64,000 nucleotides of DNA from Phoronis australis. Lineage: Eukaryota; Animalia; Phoronida. The notes below the pieces were generated by a model. It was not told the DNA's origin. It was given only the letters and a program-made list of their open reading frames with translations, and ran no database searches. Every line of letters begins with the position of its first letter. Within the stretch, counting starts at the first letter, position 1. Below are positions 40,401-52,700 of this stretch, in pieces. Made by a program: the position numbers and the translations under genes. Location: the NCBI GenBank assembly GCA_002633005.1, contig NMRA01000182.1, forward strand, positions 9,077 to 73,076, given 5' to 3'.

Positions 40401-43260
40401 GCTCACAGGTGTGCTCAGCTTCTGATCGTCTCAAATACTACAAGGCATGACTCTCGGGACTAGGAATTCCATGGGTGCTTCACTTAGTTAGCCGTCCATA
40501 TCAAACACAAAACTCAATAAATTTACTTAAATCAGGGGTTCAATAAACCATGAGCAACTCTTTTTTCTTCTGATAGCATTTACGGTGTCTTGCTCCAGCG
40601 AGTTCTCAACAAATTTGCAGTCAAAGCACAAAAATTTTCAAAAAAGCTGATGCTTACTGCCAATGTGCCCCACATAAATTACTGATGTGTCACGGCAGGT
40701 CACAACATCAATAACTCCACACTTAGCCAGACCATTTCGTAACCTTCTGTGATTAACCAGCAATAGCGAATATGCAAATCTCAATGCGCATGCCCCACAC
40801 CAGTTCCTCTCTATTGCATTCTGGGATAGTATGTATGCCTAGAAACAACGTGAGAGTTTCAATACGGAACAGAATATTGCAGCTGATTATGAGTATAATG
40901 TCACCCGGGCCCGGTCTCCAATCTCCGTACTCAGACTCGAATCATACTCAAACTCACACTTCATATTCATCTCGAGTACAGACTTAGCTTTGGTGTATTC
41001 AATGTCATACTTGAAAAATCTGTACTCGAAATTTTGAGCTCCGGTGTACTCAAGTTTCGAGTATACTCGAAATGAAGAGTATTTCATCTATATTTCGAGT
41101 ACGATTTTGAGTAAAAATTCCGAGTATATGCTCCAAATTTTAAGTTTGGTTTGGCAGTGTGCTTGAAATTGTACTCGAAAATAAATACGGCGGATGTGAG
41201 TCACAGACAAATTATTTCATGAGCAAAAGAACAATATCAAAAAAAATTGAAAGAAACAGCAAATTTTTGGAAATTTAAGTCCTCATACCATATTTTACCG
41301 CTTGAGACAATAGTTTTCGTTTTAAATCTTCTTCATCTTAACCCGCCGTATCACAGCACTTCATTGCCGCCAATTTTTAAAGTTCTTCTTACTACGATTC
41401 CTGGCAACTGGCGAATGCTAATTCCACGTCGACGACTCATTACAAGGGTCAAAAGCAGCTGTGGTGATTGCCCAGATTGCAGTGCGTGTTCAACGGTATG
41501 TACAGTTTCCTAAAGACGAGGAAAGTTAAAAAAAACAATTTGCTTCCCTGTCAGATTTCACATCATATGGTTTAGTCATCGATAATTCCTCAATCCCCGA
41601 ATGATATTCCAGATTTTGGTTGCCGATTTATGAGTAGGCCCTAGACATCTTGTCCCGCTCACTGATGAACTCTGAATGCCTGTACATATAGTGTTTTTTA
41701 ACTCACACACCAAATGTCAGCTAACTTGATACATCCCGGTAAAATACAAAGATACAGTTGTATCACAGCTTTGACATCAGCGTAGGTCTACACGGCAATG
41801 GGTTCTATGCAAGAGAGAACAGGGGTTGACCAGTAACCAAAAAATTGCGGCCCAAAAATGTTGACTGGAGTTTCGGGCTGATGTGGACAACCGGTTTACT
41901 AGAGAAGAACACCACGGCTAGCAATTAAGGTACAAACTTTTGAAATTTGACCTACCGTCAAAGAAAATGTGCAGTTCAAACTCTCCCTTAAAAATGTTGG
42001 TTGCAGGTCTGTGATATGGTACCTGACTCCCATGCCGGGGTCACCGGGTCCACCATGCAGTGTATTAATGAAAAAAAAAATTTCAATATGCCGTCAATCG
42101 TTGGTGTGAGCATGCCAATTTTAGGAGTAAATGAGTCAAGTGTAGGGGGGAATGCCCCCTGACTAAATCAGACACTGAGATTTTGGCTGCTTCGCTCCAG
42201 TTGACTGACTTTCTTTGATAAGCTGTTTCAAATTTCTTGAGACATTTTCCGGCAGGAGATAAAGAACTCAAGAAGTACAGCTTAATAATTAGAAAATGTA
42301 TCAAGAAATGGTAAAAGAATATTGTATTGACACTGAAAAAGTGAATAACAGTTACAGAACACTCAGCATTCCACGTTATACTCTTATAATTGTAGCGAGA
42401 GCTGATGATAACATAGTTGCTAGGGTAGTCGATGCGAATATAGGGAGCGCTGAATCAGCGCAGTTTTGCGTGGTTTTGCATTTCACAGCATAAAGAGTTC
42501 CATAGCAACTTGAGTATGATTCTCAGATTTGAAGTCTACTCGAAATGCAACTGAAATATGCTTTTTCGTGAACGACTCCAGTGAGCACGATTTTGAGTGT
42601 GAAATCCCGAGTATGAGTATGAGTCTGAGTACGGAGATTGCAGACCGGGCACAGGTTGAACACAGTCACAGTCGACAGAGGTGGGGTGCGGCATTTCCAA
42701 AACATTTCTATAATAAAATACAGTTGCATGCTTCCTGCAATGGTTATTCGTTTAATATTAATTTTTTGATAAGAATTAAAATAAAATAACTTTATGGACC
42801 GCTTCTGTGCTAAACATTCATTACAACAACACCCGGCAACACTGTACACAATTGTCAAGAAATAGAGGCATTCAATTCCCATAACGCAACTGCTGCGACA
42901 AATTCAAATATGGCAGATTTGCACTTTCGCTATTGCCGTCCATCGGGTAATTTTGGACCGACTTGCATTTGGCACGTACGTTGACAGTAAGCATCGGCTT
43001 TTTGGGAAGATTTTTGTAATTTGTCCGCAAATTTGTTGCAAACTTGCTGGAGCAGGACATCGTAAATGGTATTAGAAGAATTATGAACAATTGCTCATGG
43101 TTTGTTGATCCCCTGTTTTGCGTAAATTTATTGAGGTTCGTGTTTGATATGGACAGCTGAAATCAAGCACCAGTGGAATTTCTAGTCTCGAGTGTCATAC
43201 CTTGTACTATCTTATATATAGTGTAGTGAAGACGATCAGAAGCCGAGGATGCCTGTGGGT
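40401..43260. repeat. Nested diverged inverted repeats: outer arms about 40401-40785 / 42915-43260, inner arms 40909-40938 / 42621-42650
   Basis: Outer arms: cagcttctgatcgtct / agacgatcagaagccg, tccatatcaaacac / gtgtttgatatgga, caatagcgaatatgcaaatct / agatttgcactttcgctattg. Inner arms: gcccggtctccaatctccgtactcagactc versus gagtctgagtacggagattgcagaccgggc (29/30 match). Confidence 0.85.
41280..41500. promoter_or_regulatory. Putative bidirectional promoter with divergent non-coding first exons for USP48 (-) and LEKR1 (+)
   Basis: Both ATG-containing exons are preceded by acceptors (USP48 ttttatag near 37537; LEKR1 ccacag near 43773), implying upstream UTR exons. This CpG-richer patch has outward-facing donors: G|gtatgag on - at 41288 and CG|gtatgt on + at 41496. 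Inference only. Confidence 0.45.
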
Positions 43261-43786
43261 TGGCTATAGTGTACTTGTTGCAATACTCTTATACCGCGTA
43301 TTTTGAACAGGCGGTCGGCCAAATCCTGTCACCAAATAAGAGGTTTTTGCCTCATCAAAAACATTTTGGTGTGGTACCTGCAAAAAGTAGCATGAACAGG
43401 CATGATTTCACCATAATGGCACCCAGTCGGGGAAGCTCAAGTGAACCGCGACAGATTTTCATGGATATGTTCAAATTATGTTGACTAAATAGTCCCCAGA
43501 GCCATGGCTAAATGTGTATATATGCTTGTTTCATTTCATGTTTTTCTGTGTTTTGAAATGAGTAACTTTTTTATGTGTTTGTAATATCTCCCCTGTAGGT
43601 GGGATTATTACCTGGCTCTTAAATTTGCCTTAATATCCAGATGAGTATAACTGCGTGAAGATGTTTGTTTATATTATTGTATGTGAGTATATACTAGTCC
43701 TGCTTTTCAACATTCCAGTAGCCCAACAATAATGATAACAAGGTGAAACAGCTGTTGAATCAACTGTCCACAGACGACCAGGAAAA

Positions 43787-46700
43787 ATGTCTGAAGTTGA
43801 GAGACACATTCCTGAGCATCCTTTACCCGAGGAAATTCAAAAAATGACTCGCGATGATACGGTCTGCAAGTTCTGCGGTGTCAGTTACCTGATTCACAAT
43901 GAGATCAAAGCACTGGAGGACAAGCTTAAAGCCACAGAGAAGGAACTGCAGCACTTTAAGGGGTGTGAGTCGAGGGAGTTGGCAGCCAAAGCTGAGTTGA
44001 TGAAGGTTCAAAGTCAACTGGAGGGTCTGCAACAGACTATGGTTGTTAAGGAAAATGAGTAGGTGTATTGCCTAACTCTTCTGTTAGTTTGGAAAAACTG
44101 GGAACCTGTTTTTAATTTATGTTTTCTTTTTGGTAAAACTTGTGAAGTGAGAAAGAGAAAGACATCTAATTGAAAGTCATTGAATAATTGAGTTTACTTA
44201 ATTTTTGGAAGGATGAAGATACTTGATTTGGTTTTGATGTTCAAGTTAGGAGACTTATTGAGGACAATTACTAAGTATGGAACATTGATTGAAAATTTGT
44301 AGAGAATTTCTTCTGAAGTATTGTTTGATTATTAAAAACTATGTGTCTGAATATGTAGCAATTTAGTATGATTAAATCATCACACAGTAAACTAGAATTT
44401 TTCTAAGTAGAAAATTGAAAACATGGGAATTCGTGTTTTTGTAGGACAATTACCTTTTCCTGCATATTTTCATCCTTTTCCTTGTTCCATCCTTTAGGTT
44501 AACTTCATGTAAGAAAGCCCTTCAAACTAAAGAAGAAGAACTTTCAAGTATGCTAAGGAAAACCCAAAAACTTGAAGATCTAATGTCTGATGCTGTAAAA
44601 ATGAAGGAACAGCTCAGGTATGATTTTTTGATGGGTATGTTTGAATCTGAGAGTTGAACTTAGGTAAACTGGATGCCATCATCTTCATTCTAGAACATTG
44701 GTAAAGTTTGTTGGGTAAGGAAATTGGTTTTAATCATGTTTACAAATTCCGATTATACAGTCTTGTTTTGGCTGGTGACTTCAGTGTCGCACATCCTAAT
44801 AACTTACTTGAAGCTGCTGTGAAACACTTCACATTTTGAAAAAGATATTTGGATGTAGACCACTTGCAGTTATTAAACTGGCCTCAAGTTGTTCTGTAGT
44901 CAAAGTAGGAGTGATTTCTGGAAAGAACTGTCCGAAAGAGGTTCATTCTAAGTGCTCAGTATGGTTACAGTATCTAGCAGTGACATACCTGCCAGTAATT
45001 TCTTAGCCTACAAAGAACTTCTCATCTGAGTAAGGAACACATTGAGGTCAGTTACAGTAAGTCGTCTAAATTACAAATTGTTCCTTTGATGGAACGCATG
45101 TTTCCATACTAACAAGGCCTACCTCCATGGTAGATACAATTTCCAAAGATTAGAACAGAATTTAAACTTTCGTTCATTATGCCTCAGAGTTTCAATTGGC
45201 AGATATTATAATTGTTGTGTAAGAGGCAGCTCTCGGCACTGAGAAATGATAAATGCTCACACTTTCACTGGGCCAATGTCAGGCAATAATTCCTGGTTTC
45301 ACAATTGAAGATTACCAGAGGTTAGTTGTGGTGGAAAAATAGGGTTTGCTAACACAAAGCCTTTCACAGTTAACTAACAGTCGAGATGTGTTTGGATTGC
45401 AGGTTAAAACTTCAAACATTGCATAAGCACCTTCCAGATCTACAGAGGACGATAAGGCAACAGTCTTCAGAAGTGAGAGATGTGAAATCTTTAGTTCAGA
45501 AAAACAAGGAGTTGATGGTAGCTGAGTGCAGACAGCTTGGAAATACTCTGATGCAGCATAGCGATGCCAGCAAAAAGGGTAAGGAAATTTTTCTTTTCCC
45601 AAACAAATGTTTTATGTGAGGAGCTGAGCTTCAATTATTCCATGTAAAAAGTAAACACGTTGTCTTCATTAATCATTATCACCTATGTGGCTGCTGTTGC
45701 CTTCGTCATTGAATGGTCGATGTCTTTCTCTGTTGTAATTGTAAAACTCGGACAGGTCTGTTGACTTTTTGCTTAGCTCAGACAAATTTCATGGTACCGT
45801 TCTAGTTTAAGCTCTTGACTCTTCTCATAAGTCAGATTTTATCGTACTCTGATGAAATGTCTCAGCCTGATTGGATCCAACTTGTGTGTGTTTTGATGAA
45901 GGCAACATTTTGTATTAAATATAGGTTAAACTCGTCAATTTTTTTTAGTACACACTTTATCCAATAGATAAACTCTTAGTACAATACACCATAGTGTGAC
46001 TGTTAAGAACTGATAGTTTGCTATTGCTCTATACATAAAGTGATGAGCCTGATCATGCCTACATTTGGAGTCTGGTCTCCATCAATGACAAACTGACTGC
46101 TCTTCAAGACCATAAATCACTTTTAGTCTTTGTAAAGAACTAGCTGCAGCCGATTTGTATGAGAAGTGCCTAAATCATGAAAATGTATATTTTTCACAGA
46201 TGGCTGTTTTGTAGTGCTCAACTTTACAGCAAGTTTTAGTTTCATAGCAATTTGCATAAAACTAGAAAGCCTGTGGAAAAAAAACAAGTTTGACAATCTC
46301 GTGTTGTGCAAATTGAAGTAAGGTTAGTGTATTGCCTATTTCTTCTCTTCACTGCCCTATGTCTGAGATATAAATTTTTTGTCCATTTTTAATTTAATTC
46401 AAATGTTCAATTATGTAATTTATCAATTAGATAGTTGATGTGCTTGTGCAAAACTAATTGTTTGAAAGAAAAATCAAAAAAGCATCAGCTGTTCACAATA
46501 TGACATCAGCTTTATTCAATTAGATATTTCAAGCATTTTGTTTGCCTTAAAATTCGATTTTAGTTACTGTATTTTAGTTTTCAAAAATTCCATATATTAA
46601 GGGTTGTGTAATTTATAGTCTCTAATACATTAGTTTATAATTTCAATTTCAGCATTTTTTGAAAGTACAGGTTTGATGAGACTATGCTACAAATAGATCT

Positions 46701-49700
46701 GCACCTTCTATCACAAAACAACTTTTAATTTAGGATGCACTGCTGTTGTTCATTGTCCAGATTAGACATGATATCTAAGCTTGAGAACAACTTAATGGTG
46801 GTTACTGTTTCATGCCAGGGCCATTAAGTTTGCTGGCTGTCGCAATGGATTATTTTCAGTTGTCAAGACAGTGTGACTGTTAGGAGAATTCCAGGCATTT
46901 TATTGCAACCAACTTTAACCAATGCCAAGAACATTATTAATGATGTTACTTTGGAATCGGCAAATACAATTGTGATGATAGTTGTTTATAACGCTAGAAA
47001 ATAGCTGCTGCTTCAAGTAGGACTGATTCCTTTTCAGATGTTGAAATGACTAAAGCTACTTTGAAAGACTTAGAGCAACGGAACAATGAGTTTCAAGCCA
47101 AGATGAGTGCAATGAATGAGGAAATAGCAGTCAAAGATAAAGAGATGGCAAAACTCTCCTCATCTGATGCTCAGGTTAAAGAGCTACGAAATACTGTGAG
47201 AGGTCTCAGGGATGAATTAGCAGGTAACTAAACAACTGTATTTTATTGGTGATATTTTCTTAAGTTGGTTCACTTTGTTTTTTTCTCATGAAATGTTAAT
47301 TTAAAAGGGTCTCTCTCCCAGTCTAATAGTTTGATAACTGCAAGTTGGATTACCTTTACTGATAGTTCATCATGAGAATCCTGCAGCACATTAACTGATT
47401 GAACACTTAACAAAGTGTTGCTGTCTTTCCACCATTTCGTGTTGTTGTTTATTAATTGTTGTTGAACGATCTCAATTATATTTTCAAGTAAAACAAATTG
47501 CAACTTTACTCAGGAATCTACAGCTGAATTATGACATGGCCTGTATTGCAAAGTGTAGATTGTAAGTCTATGGTATAATGTGTGAAAGGTAGCTGAAAAT
47601 TAATGGAATTTTGTGAATTTTGTCTTTATGTTTCACAGGAGTTCAGTCACAGTTAGACACTGCATCATCCTCAAATAAAAGCTTTGGTATACAAGTGGAG
47701 CAATATAAAGAACAATTAAGGTACCAAATTTGGTCTTCACTTATAAGGATGTAGCATAAGCGTTGGGTGTAAAAGGTTCCATGGCCCCAACTCTGATACC
47801 AGCTATGATCCTCTAAACCCCAGTTGTGCACCAGCAACTACCAAATCCACAGTACAAATCCCCAGACCCACGGCCCTAAATCCCAGACATGCGCCAAAAC
47901 TGATCCAATCACAGTGACCAAACTTCAATTCTGGGGACCCATTCTTCTCCAGGGCATAACTCGAATTTAGAATCCCAGTCATGCAATTGTTTCCACCCCT
48001 TCATAAGTCTTTATAACACTTAATGCTTCTAAGTACTTCTGAATCACAAGTTAGAATATTACTCAGACTGCAGATTTGCTTTGACGTGTTTGAGCATCAA
48101 CTCTGGAAGGCTACACAAGACTAGCAAATAGACATCTCCTGATGCTTATTGAATTGACATTCACTATTTCTAATTTGATCCAAGTGGAGTTTGAGCCAAT
48201 TACTAGTACAAAATATTAAACCTCCTATTCTGATGTCGCAGACAAGCGCTGAACCACTCTCCTGATTCTTTAATTTTTTCTCAGTGTTACATAATTACAG
48301 TTTGGAACAGTTGGAAATGTCTCGTGTAATGGGATCATTCTTTTTCTTCTTCAAATGCTGGCTGTTGTCCCTATAATCACCCAGTCGGAATGCTTCGGGT
48401 ATTTCTGTGTCCTATATTTCCCCTCAGAGGTGAACGCTATAAGATTTCAGTCTTAGTGCATGTCTTGAAACTGGTGGATGGTTGACTGGCTTGTGACTGA
48501 AGTTTGTACATGACTGCACAGACAACATTCACCTTCAAGGGGAAATTTTAGGCCACCAAATTACTGAGGAACTCTGGCATAATCACCATGTAGTAAAACA
48601 TATTATTCAAATGAAGCACACAAATTGAAGCCTAGCGAATGAACTGTCTCCTTATTAGCTTAGTCAGTTGTTCTTGAAACTTAATAATGTAAACTATATT
48701 CTGGTATACTAACTTCCTTCACTGTGATATTTGTTCTTCCAAAGAAATATCATGGCATTCTTATCCTTTGTTTGAATTGGAATTGGTTGAAATAATTCGC
48801 CTGGAATTACACTGATGGTTGATACTACCATAGTAAGTGAGGCTGCCCTACTGTGACAACCAACTTAATTGACCTGGTCTGAGGTAATAATGACTGATTA
48901 GTTGTTCTCAAACCAAGAAATCATTTCCAATCTGAGTAGTGAACATTATGAGACTGACTTTGTTACAGTAAATAGGCTGAAGTTGGTTGTTGACAACAGG
49001 TCCACGTTTACCTCTTTAAACTTGCATCGTGTTAGCTATGCGTTTAAGTTTAAAATTGTATGTTTTGTTCGATCACCATGTTTGGTTGGTAATCATTCAG
49101 GTCCAAGTCACGAGAAGTTGAGAATTTGACTCAGCAGTTGAAGGCACGGGATCAGATCTCTGAGCAGAACATTTCCAAACTCCAGTTTGAGCTCAAACAG
49201 AAGAATGCTGAGATAGACATGTTGGAGAAGGATTCTCAACACATGAAGGGCAAGTTCTTGGAACAACAAAGAATTGATGACGAGATGAAAAGAAGAGCAT
49301 CCATGTCTAATGGTATGAGTGTTGGTCACTGCTCTATGGTATGAGTGTTGGTCACTGCTCAATGGTATGAGTGTTGGTCACTGCTCAATGGTATGAGTGT
49401 GTGTGAGTGTTGGTCACTGCTCATTGGTATGAGTGTTGGTCACTGCTCAATGGTTAAAGTGTATGCAGAGGCTTATTTACTGAATTGAGTCGGGAACTGT
49501 ACAATGTTTTTGTAACGTGTTCTTTGTCGCTGGCATTGTGGTGTAATAATTTACTTTCTCTGAAAAATATTTTGAATGTTTTTGTTAATGTGTTTGTAAA
49601 ACAGAATTAATAGTGATTCTTCAAGTGGGTAAGTATGGCACTTGTGGGAATGCGTATTTCATTACTTTTAGTACCAGTTTCTGGCATCATTACTCAAGTG

Positions 49701-52700
49701 ACAAATTGTAATTAATTAAGGCTCTGACTGAAATATGGAAAAGTGTCTCCGCCACTGAGCCTGAGAACAGAAAAACATGAGAACACTCAGCAGTCAATCG
49801 CTTACTCAGAATTCACTCACTGCCACTCACTTCCGGTGGGAGTACTCAGTATTTTTGTTTCTAGACATTATAGAAATCAAGTCAAATTATTTGACAAAGC
49901 CAGTAAAATATAACAAGTCAAATGGTAATGACCAAAAATGCCTTCTTCAGAGATGATGAACCCTTTTGAAAGGAAAAACATAAAATGTACCAAATCCCAT
50001 TTTATTGTACATGTTTCAAGAAAAATATTGCTCTGTCAACCATGTCAACACCATGACGTCTCAAAACTCATTACAGAGTTTGCTATATAGGAAAGCATTT
50101 CTATTAGTTTTGACTAAGTCTGTTTAGGCTGAAGTCAACATTTTGCAGTTTGGTATGTGTTGTTTTAAATTGGTCACTGCCTAGCTGTAAGCAGTTTATT
50201 GGGTCAGACATCTTCAAGAACATGAGAGATCTTTTAGCCTTTTGGCTTTATCATAGCTATCCAATTCAAGGAATGTTAATGCTTCTTTCAGTTGAGTCTC
50301 GGGAAACGCGAGAAGCATTGAAGAAAGCCCAGGAAGACCTGGCAGCATTAAAAGCAGAGCGAGAACTGATGATCACATCACATCAGAACAGGATAGAGCA
50401 GTTACGAGAGAGCTTTAAGAACAAAATGTATGAAGCTGAAAAGTGGCCAGAGAAGGTATTGCTTTTTGAGACTCATATCGTGTAAAGTTGGAAAAGCCCA
50501 CAATGCAATTATGTGTGACAATAAACAGCAATCCTCAGTTCAGCCTTGTTTGAGATTGGAAACAACAAATTTGGCAGAGGGTTGCTGAATTTTAGTGTTA
50601 ATATTTGTGTGATGTTGAGGACGTCTTGAAGAGTAAAATATTGTATTATTAAGCGTTAAGTTTTTGATAACTGAGATAATCTAAGATCACCCTCATAATA
50701 AATGACACATTTCTTTCACTAGCAATCTGAATCTTTAAAAAGTCTTGCAGAGCTGTATGTATCATACAAAGATGAGTTTTAAATTTAGATGAAATAATTA
50801 TCCTGAATTCTGAACTAGGTTTTGGTTTTTCAGTATTTTGTTGTGGCTGTTGAGAAACTGTATCTATTGATCATCTACCAATGTTTTTAATGACAACATA
50901 GTTAAAGGGATGTGAATCCCTGTGTGCTACAGTTGTTTTGAGTTTGGCATCTCAGTGGACTATTGCTGCAATCATTTTTTTTATTTCATCTTGGGTCTTT
51001 TTTCAGCTTGAGGAGGCTTTGTCTAAAGAGAGGCAGAAGCATGTCACAGAAATGAACGTTTTGGAAGAAAAACTAAAAGAGAACTTCGTAATGGTACCTG
51101 TTCAGTTATTCTTTCTTTTTCTTTGTCTTGAGTAAATGGAGTCAATGAAGATGAAACTGTAAAAGGTCAAGGTCAAGAATGCAAACAGATCAAAACTAAC
51201 TATCTTTAGTGTCAACTTTCAGCAGTATTGCCTTCGTGATCTTTTCTTTAAGTCACATAATTGCACCACAATTTCTTTGAATGAAAGCCTCATACGATGC
51301 TGACTTCTACTGCATCATGGAAACAATATCATTCTGTATTTTTTTTTGTTTCAATGAATTACTAATGATTTAGTTTTTACGTATGCTTCTTATGTGTTGT
51401 CGTGGACTTGATTTATTTTGGTTTTAAAGTTGAGTGGCTGCTAATTTTGCATCTATGAGTGCTAACTTTGCATCATGTGGCTTTGAAAAAGGCAATCGAG
51501 CACCTTTGACGTTCCATCTGCTCATAGTCAATATGGTAAAAATGGTCAAACTCAAGCTTGTTCTATCTGTGGGGCTACATTTTTTCAAGAGTATATTGAT
51601 TTTTGTTTTTGCACATCTGTCAGTCATTTTAGAGCCATCGTGACTCGTTTTTTTCTCCAAATGACTAGTCATACACGACTTTTTAGCTCAAAGGGTTTTT
51701 TTTTTGAGCATTTAATATGTACACACTCTGATTAGTCAAATTCGACAGTCGATTACAATGTTATGCATGAAAAAATTGAATGTATGCACTGGGCGTTTAA
51801 TTGTGCACAATGAGACCATTTCTTTTGTTCATTACAGCATCAACGGATCATATGATATCAGGTCTTGCCTAAGCTTGATAATTTGATTAGAACACATAAG
51901 CTTATGGTCAGTAACTGGTGTTAGTGCTGATTCTGANTTTATCGGATATTCGGCTTAAAAACACCAATTATGGTTAATCAAACAATCCATCTCAAAAATA
52001 ACGCAAACATGTTTTATAGTATTAGAAATTGTCGGAAATTAGTGCCAATATTCATTTCTTATCGATGCTATGCTACCCGTTTCATGAATGGATAGCTCCC
52101 GACTAATGACAGGTTCATGTATGTAGCGCGCAGTTCTTGGCCAGGTGCGTTTAACACCGAGTTATTTTTATTCATGAGACAGTCGATGTGTCTACTGAAA
52201 GGTCAGACCATAGTGGGACACAGTCATCGCGAGAGCGTAGCAACGCTGTTGCGTTCTCTTTGAAGCGCTGCGTTACTTTGAAGTGTAAAGTCACAGCTAA
52301 ATACAAAAGTAGCAGTGCAGCTGGTGGTCTAGAAGACCCGTGCAAAAATTTTTTGATAAATTGAAGATATTACTGTACGTCATTGTTCACATGTACACGT
52401 TCATGGACTGGGCGCTTATTTCAGCAAAGTCTGAAAACGCGTGGGGGCGCTTATAGGGGCATGGGCGGTTATTACGGCGAATCCGGTACTTCTATTACTT
52501 TTGGCAATTAACCAGCGGTGATTGTGATTGGACAATGCTCATCTCCAACTGCCCGTAGGACCCATTATGTGGCACAGCAACAAAGTGTTTTAATGCTTTA
52601 TAATGTGTATTAGATGAAGTGGTCCTATTTCTGTAAGTGACTAAAGTAAGTATGTTTAGTGTGAAGTCAACATTTCACGGCTTGGTATGTGTTGTTTTAA

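Noticed and set aside
46200-46797. Possible extra LEKR1 exons (46200-46318 and 46761-46797)
   Set aside because: Not needed: 45578 joins 47038 in phase and the 12-exon model already gives a typical LEKR1 length; the first peptide is not coiled-coil-like.
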